Source: an uncultured Acidobacteriota bacterium
GTDB lineage: Bacteria; Acidobacteriota; Vicinamibacteria; Fen-336
Assembly: GCA_963744315.1 (NCBI GenBank)
Contig: CAVUTB010000008.1
Span: 65,349 to 129,348 of the forward strand
Direction of reading: 5' to 3'
Length of the DNA stretch: 64,000 nucleotides
Made by a program: the position numbers and the translations under genes. The first letter of the stretch is position 1. Every line of letters begins with the position of its first letter. Positions 13,477 through 22,556 of this stretch are shown piece by piece. The notes below the pieces were generated by a model. It saw only the letters and a program-made list of their open reading frames with translations. It did no database searches and was not told the DNA's origin.

Positions 13477-16130
13477 TCAGATCGGCAGGAACAGCAGATC
13501 CACGAACGACAGGTCGCCGGGGTCGGGGAACAGGAACTGCTCGTAGAGCGTCCCGCGTCCGGAGAGGATCGGGAAGCCGTCGGAGAGGTCCTGCTCTCCG
13601 GGATCGGTCGCGCCGTTGCCCTGGGTGACGCCGACGATGGCGTCGCTGCGCGCCGTCGCTCCGTAGTCGAGCGCGAACAGGCCGAGCGGCAGCAGGTGGA
13701 CCGAGAAGTAGTTGGGCGAGTCGGAGAAGAACTCCGGCACGCTCACGTAGTGGACGCTCGTCACCCCGTGGTCCGAGCTCGCGATCACGACGCCCGTCGT
13801 GGCGTCGAGGTCGTCCCAGAGCGGGGCGATGCGCGGGGGTCCGGCGAGCAGCTCCGGCACGGTCTCGCTGAAGTCGGTGCTCGCCGCGCCGAACGTCAGG
13901 TTGCCGTTGGAGTTGACGAAGACACTCGACCAGTTCTGCCCCTGGTAGCGGAACGGCGTCGCCAGGGCAAGCGGAGTCGAGGTGTCGTCCCCTGCGGCGA
14001 GCACGCTGCCGCGGTACGACCGGATCGACAGCACGTACCGGCCTCCGCCGTCTCCGGCGCCCGTGAAGCCGAAGTCGGGGAACGTGGTGACGGCGACCGC
14101 GAGGTTCAGATCGACGTTGGTCTGGAGCAGCAGCCGCGACAGCAGGCCCGCCCCGCCGTCGTCGTTGAGAGTCAGCAGCTGGCCGCTGTCGGCATCGAAC
14201 ACTCCGACGAGCGCGTCGAAGGTGCCGCGCACGACCTCGATCGCGAAGATGTCGCCCGCGCGCACGGAGAAGCGGTAGTAGTCGACGTCGGCTCCTGCGG
14301 GCGCGATCGTGGAGTGGCGCGAGACGGTCTCGGTGCTGAACGGCAGCTGCACGTTGCGCGCTCGCGCGAGCGAGTTGTTGGGCTCGAACACGTCGCCGAA
14401 GCCCTGCTTCATGTTGCTGAAGAGCAGCTCGTAGTCGGACAGGTCGTTGTCGGCCTCGGTGAAGATCTCGAAGGCGGCGGTCTCGCCGTTCATGTTGATC
14501 GTCCGCCGGCGTGCCCTTGCCGCGGAGGTTCTGCTCGTTTTCGAAACCAGACGCGACGGCGCCGCCGCAGCTGACGCCCGCCAGGCCGTCCGTCGCCGAC
14601 AGCGCGCCGTACTCGATCTCCGCCTGGTTCGAGCCGCGCTTGAGCGTGATCGAGAAGCTGTTGGCGCCCGCGTCGAAGTACTCGGGGACGTCGGTCCAGC
14701 TGGACGGTCAGCGTGGCATGGGTGCGATCGAACGTGACGACACCGCCCGCGCTCGGGTTGAGGTCGTCAAAGAGGCCGGCGATCCGCGGCGGGCCGGCCA
14801 GCAAGCTCGGGCACCGTCTCGGTGAAGACAGTGCTCGCGACGCCGAAGGTGAGGCTGCCGTTCGCGTTCACGTAGACGGACGAATAGGTCTGGCCGCAGA
14901 GCGAGAAAGGGAATCCGATCGAGAGCAGGACGGCGCCGTCGTCTCCGACCGGAAGGTGATCGCCGGGCCTGAACTCGTTGAAGACGACGTCGGTTCCCGA
15001 CCGAACGCCGCCCGCCGCCGCGCTCACGGCGACGAACACTGACGGATCGTCCGTGGTCGAGTCGTTCGACTCCAGCGGCGCCGTTGTAGAACTCCTCCGG
15101 CCCGGGCAGGCTGATCGGCGCGGTGCTGAAGCCGCCGGCCAGCACCTGGTCGACGAAGACCGCGTAGCTCGCGCCGGGCGTGAGGCCGCTCAGGCGATAC
15201 GTGCCCGCCACGGGGTCCGACTGGTCGCTCGTGAAGGCGAAGTCGCCGGAGATCGCCGAGGACGCGTCCAGGAAGGGGTTGGCCACGTTCCGGGCCACGA
15301 CGTTGACGCCGGAGAGGCGCGTCGTCCCGTCGGTGGCGAGGATCTGTCCGGCTGATCGCCGCCGTGGTTGCGCGCGAAGCTGGCCTCCGGGTAGAAGCGC
15401 CGAGACGGTGCGAGTGTCGTCGGCCTGCGAGGCTCGCGGTTCCCGAGCCCGGCCCGAAGTAGAACGGGTACATCGTCTCGATGAGCGTGATCGACGCCGG
15501 GGTTCCGAAGGTGTTGTTGGGCGTCGGTCCGCTCTCGTCGCCGGCGAGGAAGGCCTGGCCGTTGACGACGGTGTGGGCGAGGCCGCTGTAGTGGCCGAAC
15601 TCGTGGACCATGACGTCCTGCGCGGCCACGGCGTCGTCGAAGGACGGGCCGTTCAGGAACGGCGAGCCCTTCGAGGATGGTGCAAGTCGACGGGTTGATC
15701 CACTCCGGTCCGGCGAAGCCGAGGACGCCCGAGCCTGGCCCGAAGAGCAGGTCGAAGATCTCGCCGGTGTCGTCGAACACGATCGCCGATAAGCCGTCGG
15801 GCGCCGCCGCGATTCAGGTAGGGCCGAAGTTGGTGATGTCGACGTCCACGGGCAGAGGGCCGGCGTTGAGTGTAGGTCGCGGTCGAGGTAGGGACCGCCG
15901 CCCACGCCGCGAAGGCCGACTGCGTGGCGGCCACGGCTTGGGCGTTGGTGAGCGGCCCGAGCGGGCCCTGGTCCGGATTGAACGGGATGTTGGCGCCGCC
16001 GGCGGGCCAGACGAAGGCTCTGCCCGCTCTCGCAGACCGCGAGCGGGCCGCCGGCGAAGGCGGGCGCCGCGGCGAGCAGGCCGAAGGCAGCTGCAACGAG
16101 CAGGCGAGCGGACGAGAAATTCGTCTTCAT
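13477..16130 (-). CDS. Large secreted metzincin (matrixin-like) Zn metalloprotease with carboxypeptidase-regulatory-like, PPC-like and two nidogen-like domains, multiply frameshifted
   Basis: Signal peptide; [11 protein letters not shown] zinc motif, Met-turn ETMYP; duplicated GDD...[18 protein letters not shown]...[19 protein letters not shown] units; [13 protein letters not shown]. Confidence 0.8.
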
Positions 16131-16140
16131 GGTCTCCCCC

Positions 16141-16740
16141 TCACTCGCTCAGCACGCTGCGAATGGCGCTCGCCAGCTGGGGATAGGAGATCGGGCCGCT
16201 CTCCGGCAGCGACGGCGCCGCCGAGCGCGCGAGCCCTCGCCTCAGGCCGACGTTGTTGAATGCGTTCACGGCCTCCTCGTTCTTGCCGGTGTCGACGATG
16301 CGGAAGGCTCCCTGGCCGAGGCCGACCGTCGTCGAGAGCCCCACCGAGCTCGGGCGCGTGGTGAAGAGCACGTACTCGCCGTTCATCTCCAGGCGCGGGA
16401 CCTCGCGGAAGGCGGAGAAGTGGCGCTGCCCTTCCGGCGTGGTGCTGTCGCTCTTGGCGCCGACCATGCGGATCTCGACGTAGCTCGTGTCGCCCTTCGT
16501 GACCGCGTACGCGCCCTTGAAGCTCTCGTCCACCTTCAGGCGATAGGTGATCGAGGGAAGCTCGCCGCCTCCCGCGTGCACGGTGCCGGTTTCCACCGCG
16601 ACGACGCGGCCTCGGAAGACGCGGTCGGCGCGGGTGGCGAGCTCCTTCAGATTGAACTGCGTCAACATCGTGGCCTGGACGGAAGAGGCCAGTGTCAGGA
16701 CGAAGACGGCCACGCCGGGCCGCAAGGCGCGAGCAAACAT
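16141..16740 (-). CDS. Secreted hypothetical protein co-transcribed with the metalloprotease
   Basis: Intact ORF, signal peptide, [18 protein letters not shown]...[11 protein letters not shown]; 10-nt gap to protease start. Confidence 0.75.
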   Translation of the reverse strand: MFARALRPGVAVFVLTLASSVQATMLTQFNLKELATRADRVFRGRVVAVETGTVHAGGGELPSITYRLKVDESFKGAYAVTKGDTSYVEIRMVGAKSDSTTPEGQRHFSAFREVPRLEMNGEYVLFTTRPSSVGLSTTVGLGQGAFRIVDTGKNEEAVNAFNNVGLRRGLARSAAPSLPESGPISYPQLASAIRSVLSE

Positions 16741-16837
16741 GGGACTTCCTTCTCCTTTTCTAGGGGGCCGGCCCACCGGGCCGGGGAGGGACCCTGATCT
16801 TGGCTTGGTCTATGAGGGCCGCGCGAGAAGTGCGCGG

Positions 16838-16866
16838 ATCCTATCCAGAAGGCAGACACGCGTCAA
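16838..16866 (-). promoter_or_regulatory. Sigma70-type promoter of the partner/metalloprotease operon
   Basis: TTGACG-N17-TAGGAT on the minus strand. Confidence 0.6.
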
Positions 16867-16911
16867 GAAAAATGCGACGCGGATCGAAGACGAGGATCGG
16901 AGAGCGCGTGT

Positions 16912-19031
16912 CTAGCGGCGGGCGGTCGGCGTCACGGCGGCCAGCTGCTGCGACTTCTCGTCGTACTCGGCCTGCAGCGCTTCCCACTGCGCCATCAGGT
17001 CGCCCGCCTGCCACATGGCCTTCTGGTGCTCCTCGGCGGCCTGCGCCGCGCGCGCGCGGTCGTCGTAGAAGCCGGGCTCGGCCATCTGCGCTTCGAGCGC
17101 CTTCACCGCCTGCTCGGCCTCGGCGACGCGGGTCTCGAGCTCGGCGAGGCGCGTCTTCATGCGCTTGACCTCGCGCTCGAGCACCTGGCGCTCCGGCAGA
17201 GCACCCGACTGGCGCAGGCGCGGCGCGGAGGTCGGAGAACCGAGAGGAGCCTTTGACGCCGGTGCCGCGACGGCCGTGCGGCTTGGCGGGCCCTCGGCAG
17301 ATTGGCGGGCTTGGGAAGGACCTGGACGAGGACGGCCTGCGCCGCCGTTGCGACCGAGGCGGCGCCATCGTCCAGATCCTCGCGCTTCCGCGTCTGGACT
17401 GGCGGAAGCGCTAGGGGCCCGGCCTCCTGCTGTTTCTTCCAGTAGAGGAAGTCCTCGTAGCCGCCCGGGTAGACGAGCGCTTCGCCGCCGCCGACTTCGA
17501 TCACCTTCGTCGCGAGCTTGTCGACGAAGTAGCGGTCGTGCGAGACGAACACGAGCGTGCCGCCGTAGTCGGCGAGCGCGTCGAGCAGCACTTCCTTCGA
17601 GTCGAGGTCGAGATGGTTCGTGGGCTCGTCGAGCAGCAGCACGTTCGACGACGTGAGCAGCATCTTGGCGAGCGCCAGCCGGTTGCGCTCGCCGCCGGAG
17701 AGCACCGCCACCTTCTTGTAGACGTCGTCGCCCTCGAAGAGGAAGCCGCCGAGGATGCTGCGGATCATCGGAGCCATCGTGAGCGAGCTGGCGGCCGACA
17801 TCTCCTCGACCACGGTGCGCGCGGGGTTGAGCACCGCCGCCTGGTCCTGCGCGAAGTAGTCGAGCACGACCTTGTGGCCTTCGAGCCTCACGCCTTCGTC
17901 GGGACGGTCGATGCCGGCGAGCAGCCGCATCAGCGTCGACTTGCCGGCGCCGTTCGGGCCCACGAGTGCTATGCGGTCGCCGCGCTCGACCATCAGGTCG
18001 AGCTGGCGCAGCACCACGTTGTCGCCGTAGGCCTTGCGCAGGCCCTTGGTCTCGAGCACGACGCGGCCCGGCCGCGGCGCCTCCGGGAAGGTGAAGCGGA
18101 TCTTCTTGCGCGCCGGCGGGATCTCGATGCGCTCGACCTTGTCGAGCTGCTTGATCCGGCTCTGCACCTGCTTCGCCTTGGTCGCCTGGTAGCGGAAGCG
18201 GTTGATGAAGACCTCGGCCTTCTCGATCTCCTCGCTCTGGCGGCGGTGCGCCTCGCGCAGGCGGTCCATGCGCGCCGCGTGCTCGACGACGTAGTGCGAG
18301 TAGTTGCCGTGGTAGTCGGTGAGCGTCTTGAGGCCCACCTCGGTGATGCGCTTCACGGTCGCGTCGAGGAAGTAGCGGTCGTGGGACACCAGCACCACCG
18401 AGCCGGGGTAGTCGGCCAGGTACTCCTCGAGCCAGTTGCGCGCGGGCAGGTCGAGGTGGTTGGTGGGCTCGTCCATCAGCAGCAGGTTGGGCCGCGCCAG
18501 CAGCAGCTTGGCGAGCGCGATGCGCATCTGCCAGCCGCCCGAGAACTCCTCGGTCTTCCTCTGCTGGTCGGCGAGCGAGAAGCCCAGGCCCTTCAGGACG
18601 TCGGCGACGCGCGCGTCGATCTCCCAGCCGCCGAGCTGCTTGAAGCGCTCGGTGACCTCGGCGTAGCGCTCGAGCAGCTTCTCGTGGCCCGCGCCGTCCT
18701 CGGTGGCGTGCGCGAGCGTGTCCTCGATCTCGTGCTGCTCGGCCTTGAGCGCGAGCAGCTCCTGGAACGCGAGCACGACCTCGTCGTAGACGGACCTGCC
18801 GTGGTGGACGATCCCGTCCTGCGGCAGGTACCCGATCGTGGTGTCGGAGGCCATCCGGATCGAGCCCGAGTCGGGCTCCTGCAGCCCCGCCAGCATCTTG
18901 AGCAGCGTGGTCTTGCCGGAGCCGTTCGGCCCCGACAGCCCGATGCGGTCGCGCTTCTTGACGTGCCACGACACGTCCTCGAACAGGATGCGCTCGCCGT
19001 AGCGCTTGTTGAGGCCCTCGATGTGGATCAT
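16912..19031 (-). CDS. ABC-F family ribosome-associated ATPase (Uup/YheS-like), frameshift in C-terminal linker
   Basis: Two ABC domains (GPNGSGKTT, FSGGWQMR, LLMDEPTNHLD; GPNGAGKST, LSGGERNRL), no TM segments, C-terminal coiled coil. Confidence 0.93.
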
Positions 19032-19264
19032 GCGGGGAGGTTCAGGAACTCGAGGCAGGCCTTCTGGATCATCTTCCGGTGCTCGGGCTCCATGAAGTTG
19101 AGGCGGTACTCGTTGATCACCTTGATCTCCATCTCCTCCCATTCCTTCCAGCAGGAGGAGCAGATGCTCGCGGCGATCTTCTCTTTGAGCGCGGGGCCGA
19201 ACGGGATGCGCTTCGCCTCGGGAGCCTCGCCGGACTTCTGGCAGCGCGCGCACGACTCAGGCAT
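19028..19264 (-). CDS. yggX: Fe(II)-trafficking/oxidative damage protection protein YggX-like
   Basis: PFGPALKEKIAASICSSCWKEWEEMEIKVINEYRLNFMEPEHRK; ATGA overlap with ABC-F. Confidence 0.82.
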   Translation of the reverse strand: MPESCARCQKSGEAPEAKRIPFGPALKEKIAASICSSCWKEWEEMEIKVINEYRLNFMEPEHRKMIQKACLEFLNLPA

Positions 19265-19286
19265 CGGGCAACCTCACAAACCTCTC

Positions 19287-19339
19287 ATTATACGTGGCTC
19301 AGGCATGACTTGCGACGATGACAGACCGCCGACCATAAT
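19287..19339. promoter_or_regulatory. Divergent overlapping promoters for yggX and the DEAD-box helicase
   Basis: Minus-strand TATAAT at 19287-19292; plus-strand TTGCGA-N18-CATAAT at 19310-19339. Confidence 0.5.
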
Positions 19340-19351
19340 GCCCGCATCTAT

Positions 19352-20780
19352 ATGGACAGCCCAGCCGGCAAGCGCAGCTTCGCCTCGCTCTCTCTCTCGC
19401 AGGCGACGCTCGGGAGCCTCGAGGCGAAGGGGTACGAGTCCCCGACGCCCGTCCAGGAGGAGTCGATCCCGAAGGCGCTCGCCGGCAAGGACCTGGTGGT
19501 CCAGTCGCGCACCGGCACCGGCAAGACCGCAGCCTTCGGGATCCCGATCGTCGAGAAGGTGGACGCGCAGCGCGACGGCGTGCAGGCGGTGGTGCTCGCG
19601 CCGACGCGCGAGCTCGCGATCCAGGTGGCGCAGGAGATCACGGAGCTCGGCCGCGGCCGGGGCGTGAAGGTGCAGTCGGTCTACGGCGGCGACTCGATGG
19701 AGCGGCAGATCGAGGGCATCCGGGCCGGCGCGCACGTGATCGCCGGCACGCCCGGCCGCGTGCTCGACCACCTGCGGCGCGGGACGCTCGACTTCTCGGG
19801 CGTGCACTTCCTCGTGCTCGACGAAGCCGACCGCATGCTCGACATGGGCTTCGCGGTCGAGATGGGCCAGATCATGGAGTTCGTGCCCGCCGGCGCGCCA
19901 GACGATGCTGTTCTCGGCCACGGTGCCGATCGGCATCCGCGGGCTGATCTACCACTACATGGCCGAGCCCGAGTGGGTGCTGCTCTCCGAGGACCAGATC
20001 TACGTCAAGGAGGTCGAGCACGTCTACTGCCTGACGCCCGCGCCTGCACAAGGAGGCGACGCTCTATCGCCTGCTCGAGTACGAGAACCCGACCTCCTCG
20101 ATGATCTTCTGCAACACGCGCGAGGAGACGCGGCTGGTCTCGACCTTCCTGCGCAACAAGGGCATGGCGGTGGCGATGCTGTCCTCCGACCTGCCGCAGA
20201 AGAAGCGCGAGCAGGTGATGGCGGCTTCCGCGAGGGCGAGATCCGCCACCTGGTCACGACCGACGTGGCCTCGCGCGGGATCGACATCGACGACCTGTCG
20301 CACGTCTTCATCTTCTCGACGCCCGACTCGCCCGAGCAGTACATCCACCGCGCGGGCCGCACCGGACGCGTGGGGAAGAGCGGCCGTGCGGTCAGCCTGA
20401 TCTCGGCGATGGACCTGATGAACTTCAACCGGCTGGTCAAGCGCTACCACGTCGAGGTCAAGGAGATCGCGGTGCCGACCGACGAGGAGGTGCAGGAGCG
20501 CAAGGCCTCGCGCATCGTCGACCTGCTCAGCGAGGCCGGCAAGCGGCTGCCGCTCGAGGACTTCCTCGACCTCGGCCCGGCGGCGCGCGCGATCGCGGCG
20601 CACGAGCTTCGCGATAGGATCGTGGCGCTGCTGCTGCGCGGGCACCTGCAGGAGCAGGTCAAGGCGGCGCCCGACGAGGAGGTCGAAGCGCCGGCCGTGT
20701 CGGAGCGAGGCGGGCCTTCGGGCCCGCCGCATCGGCGCGGTCCCGGCGGTGGCGGCCGAAGGCGGGGCAGGCGCCGCTGA
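19352..20780 (+). CDS. DEAD-box RNA helicase (DeaD/CshA-like), frameshifted
   Basis: Q motif PTPVQ, SRTGTGKT, PTRELA, TPGR, LDEAD, FSAT, TDVASRGID, HRAGRTGR. Confidence 0.93.
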
Positions 20781-20797
20781 AGGGGGCCGAGCCAGCG

Positions 20798-21235
20798 ATG
20801 ACACACGGATACACCGAAGACCTGGCGAGCCGGATGGGCGCGTACCAGGACCGGCTGGAAGAGGCAGCGAAGCGGGGGCCCGCGAACCTGGCCGCCGCGT
20901 TCAACGATCCGCCGCCCGGGCTCGCGTGCCACGAGATCGACACCGAGATGAAGGTGCTGCGCGCGAACGACGCCGACCTGCGCCTGCTCGGCTACACGCG
21001 CGCGGAGTTCGTGGGAAGGCGCGTGCTCGACTTCATCGTGATGACGGAGACGGCCCAGCGTGCGATCGGAAGGAAGCTGACGGGGGAGCTGGCGCTCAAG
21101 CCCTTCGTCCGCACCTTCCGGCGCAAGGACGGCACCGCCGTCGCGCTCGTGCTGCTGGACCGCTACCTGAAGGACGCCTCCGGGCAGGTGATCGGCCTGC
21201 GGACCGTGCTCGCGGAGACCGACGGCGCCAGCTGA
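20798..21235 (+). CDS. Stand-alone PAS-domain protein
   Basis: EIDTEMKVLRANDADLRLLGYTRAEFVGRRVLDF...FRRKDGT...LKDASGQVIGLRTV. Confidence 0.8.
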   Translation: MTHGYTEDLASRMGAYQDRLEEAAKRGPANLAAAFNDPPPGLACHEIDTEMKVLRANDADLRLLGYTRAEFVGRRVLDFIVMTETAQRAIGRKLTGELALKPFVRTFRRKDGTAVALVLLDRYLKDASGQVIGLRTVLAETDGAS

Positions 21236-21290
21236 GGCCGCGCGACCGCGGCGAGGAGAACGTCTGGGGGCCTACTGGCGGTCGGGGCTG

Positions 21291-21507
21291 GTGAAGCTGG
21301 GACTGGCTCTTCTCGTCTTCGGTGTCGGCCCGCTCGTCGCGATCGTCGTCCTGGCGGCGGTCGGCCTCTGGCCGGATCCGAACCCGAACCCGGTCGGTCC
21401 CGGCCTGCTCGCCTGCATGACGTTCTGGCCCGGGCTGATCTGCCTGGTCGTGGGAGCGATCCGCGTCGCGAACCAGGACCGCGGCGGCCGGGCCTCCGCG
21501 CGGCTAG
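21291..21507 (+). CDS. Small two-TM membrane protein
   Basis: Two hydrophobic helices around a PDPNPNPVGPG loop; stop inferred at TAG 21505-21507 after a 1-nt shift. Confidence 0.55.
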
Positions 21508-22550
21508 CGCGCCACCGCCGTGACGCGGCGGCGGAGCCAGCGCTCGAAGAACCAGTTGGCGAGGCGGTAGCCCTCGCCGGCGCGCGCCAGGTAGCCGAGC
21601 ATCGAGAGCCCGTAGAGCGGCGCGTCGAGGTCCTCCTCCGGGCGGCCGAGCGTCCGCGCGAGGCCGCTGCGCGTGCCGCTGCCCTCGCGCGCCACCTCGC
21701 TGAGCGCGTCGCGCTCGACCTGCTCGAGCGTGTTGAAGTCGACGGCGAAGTAGTTGGCCACCATCTCGTCGGCCGCGAGCTGGTCGAGCGTCACCGCGAG
21801 GTCGCGGCTCTCGAACAGGCGGCTCGCGATCAGCTGCACCAGGAACGGGTGGCAGGCGGCGCGCTCGAGCATCGTCTCGACGTCGGCCGGCGGGAAGCCG
21901 CCGCGCGCGAGCAGCGCGCGCCCCTCCTCGGGCATGAGCGGCGTCAGGTAGGTGGGAGGGATGAAGCCCTGCAGGAACGGCGAGGTCGGCAGCGTGGACT
22001 GCTCGTCGACGCGAGCGAGCAGCCGCGTGCCGGTGATCACGGTGCGCACCTCGCTGCCGCGCGAGATCACGCGCCTGAGCCTGGCCAGCACCGAGGCGTC
22101 GGTACGGCCCACCACCAGCAGCTCCTCGGCCTCGTCCACGAGCAGCAGCAGCCGCCAGCCGCTGCGGACCGTGCGGCGCACCAGGCTCGCGAGCATGTCC
22201 GCGACCGGCAGGCTCTCCAGGTCCTCGACCAGCACGTCGGTCGCGCGCCGGAAGGGCTCCGAGTCCTCGACGCTCGCGAGCAGCGTCTCCGCCAGCCCGC
22301 GCGCGTCGCCGCTGCCCTGCAGGTCCCAGTAGAGCGGGACGAACGGCGTGTCGCGGCTCTGCTGCACGCGCAGCTCGACTTCCTTCAGCAGGCTGGTCTT
22401 GCCGAGCCGCCTGCCGCCGAGCACCCAGAGCGAGTGGCGCTCGCCCTCGAGCACCTCGCGCACGAGCCCGTCGCGGCCGAAGAAGTCCTCGCCCCTGACC
22501 CAGCTGCCGGCGATGAAAGGATTGCGTCGCGGTGCGGCGGCCTGCGTCAT
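21504..22550 (-). CDS. Soluble STAND/AAA-type P-loop ATPase with C-terminal winged-helix-like region
   Basis: RNPFIAGSWVRGEDFFGRD, Walker A GGRRLGKTS, YWDLQG, Walker B LLLLVDEAEEL, CHPFLVQ; intact ORF. Confidence 0.88.
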   Translation of the reverse strand: MTQAAAPRRNPFIAGSWVRGEDFFGRDGLVREVLEGERHSLWVLGGRRLGKTSLLKEVELRVQQSRDTPFVPLYWDLQGSGDARGLAETLLASVEDSEPFRRATDVLVEDLESLPVADMLASLVRRTVRSGWRLLLLVDEAEELLVVGRTDASVLARLRRVISRGSEVRTVITGTRLLARVDEQSTLPTSPFLQGFIPPTYLTPLMPEEGRALLARGGFPPADVETMLERAACHPFLVQLIASRLFESRDLAVTLDQLAADEMVANYFAVDFNTLEQVERDALSEVAREGSGTRSGLARTLGRPEEDLDAPLYGLSMLGYLARAGEGYRLANWFFERWLRRRVTAVAR

Positions 22551-22556
22551 GACCGC

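Noticed and set aside
17538-19667. Long antisense ORFs (also 12603-13628, 30552-32102, 38145-40196, 56990-58795, 58798-60933)
   Set aside because: Shadow ORFs opposite well-supported genes, expected from GC3-rich codon usage.
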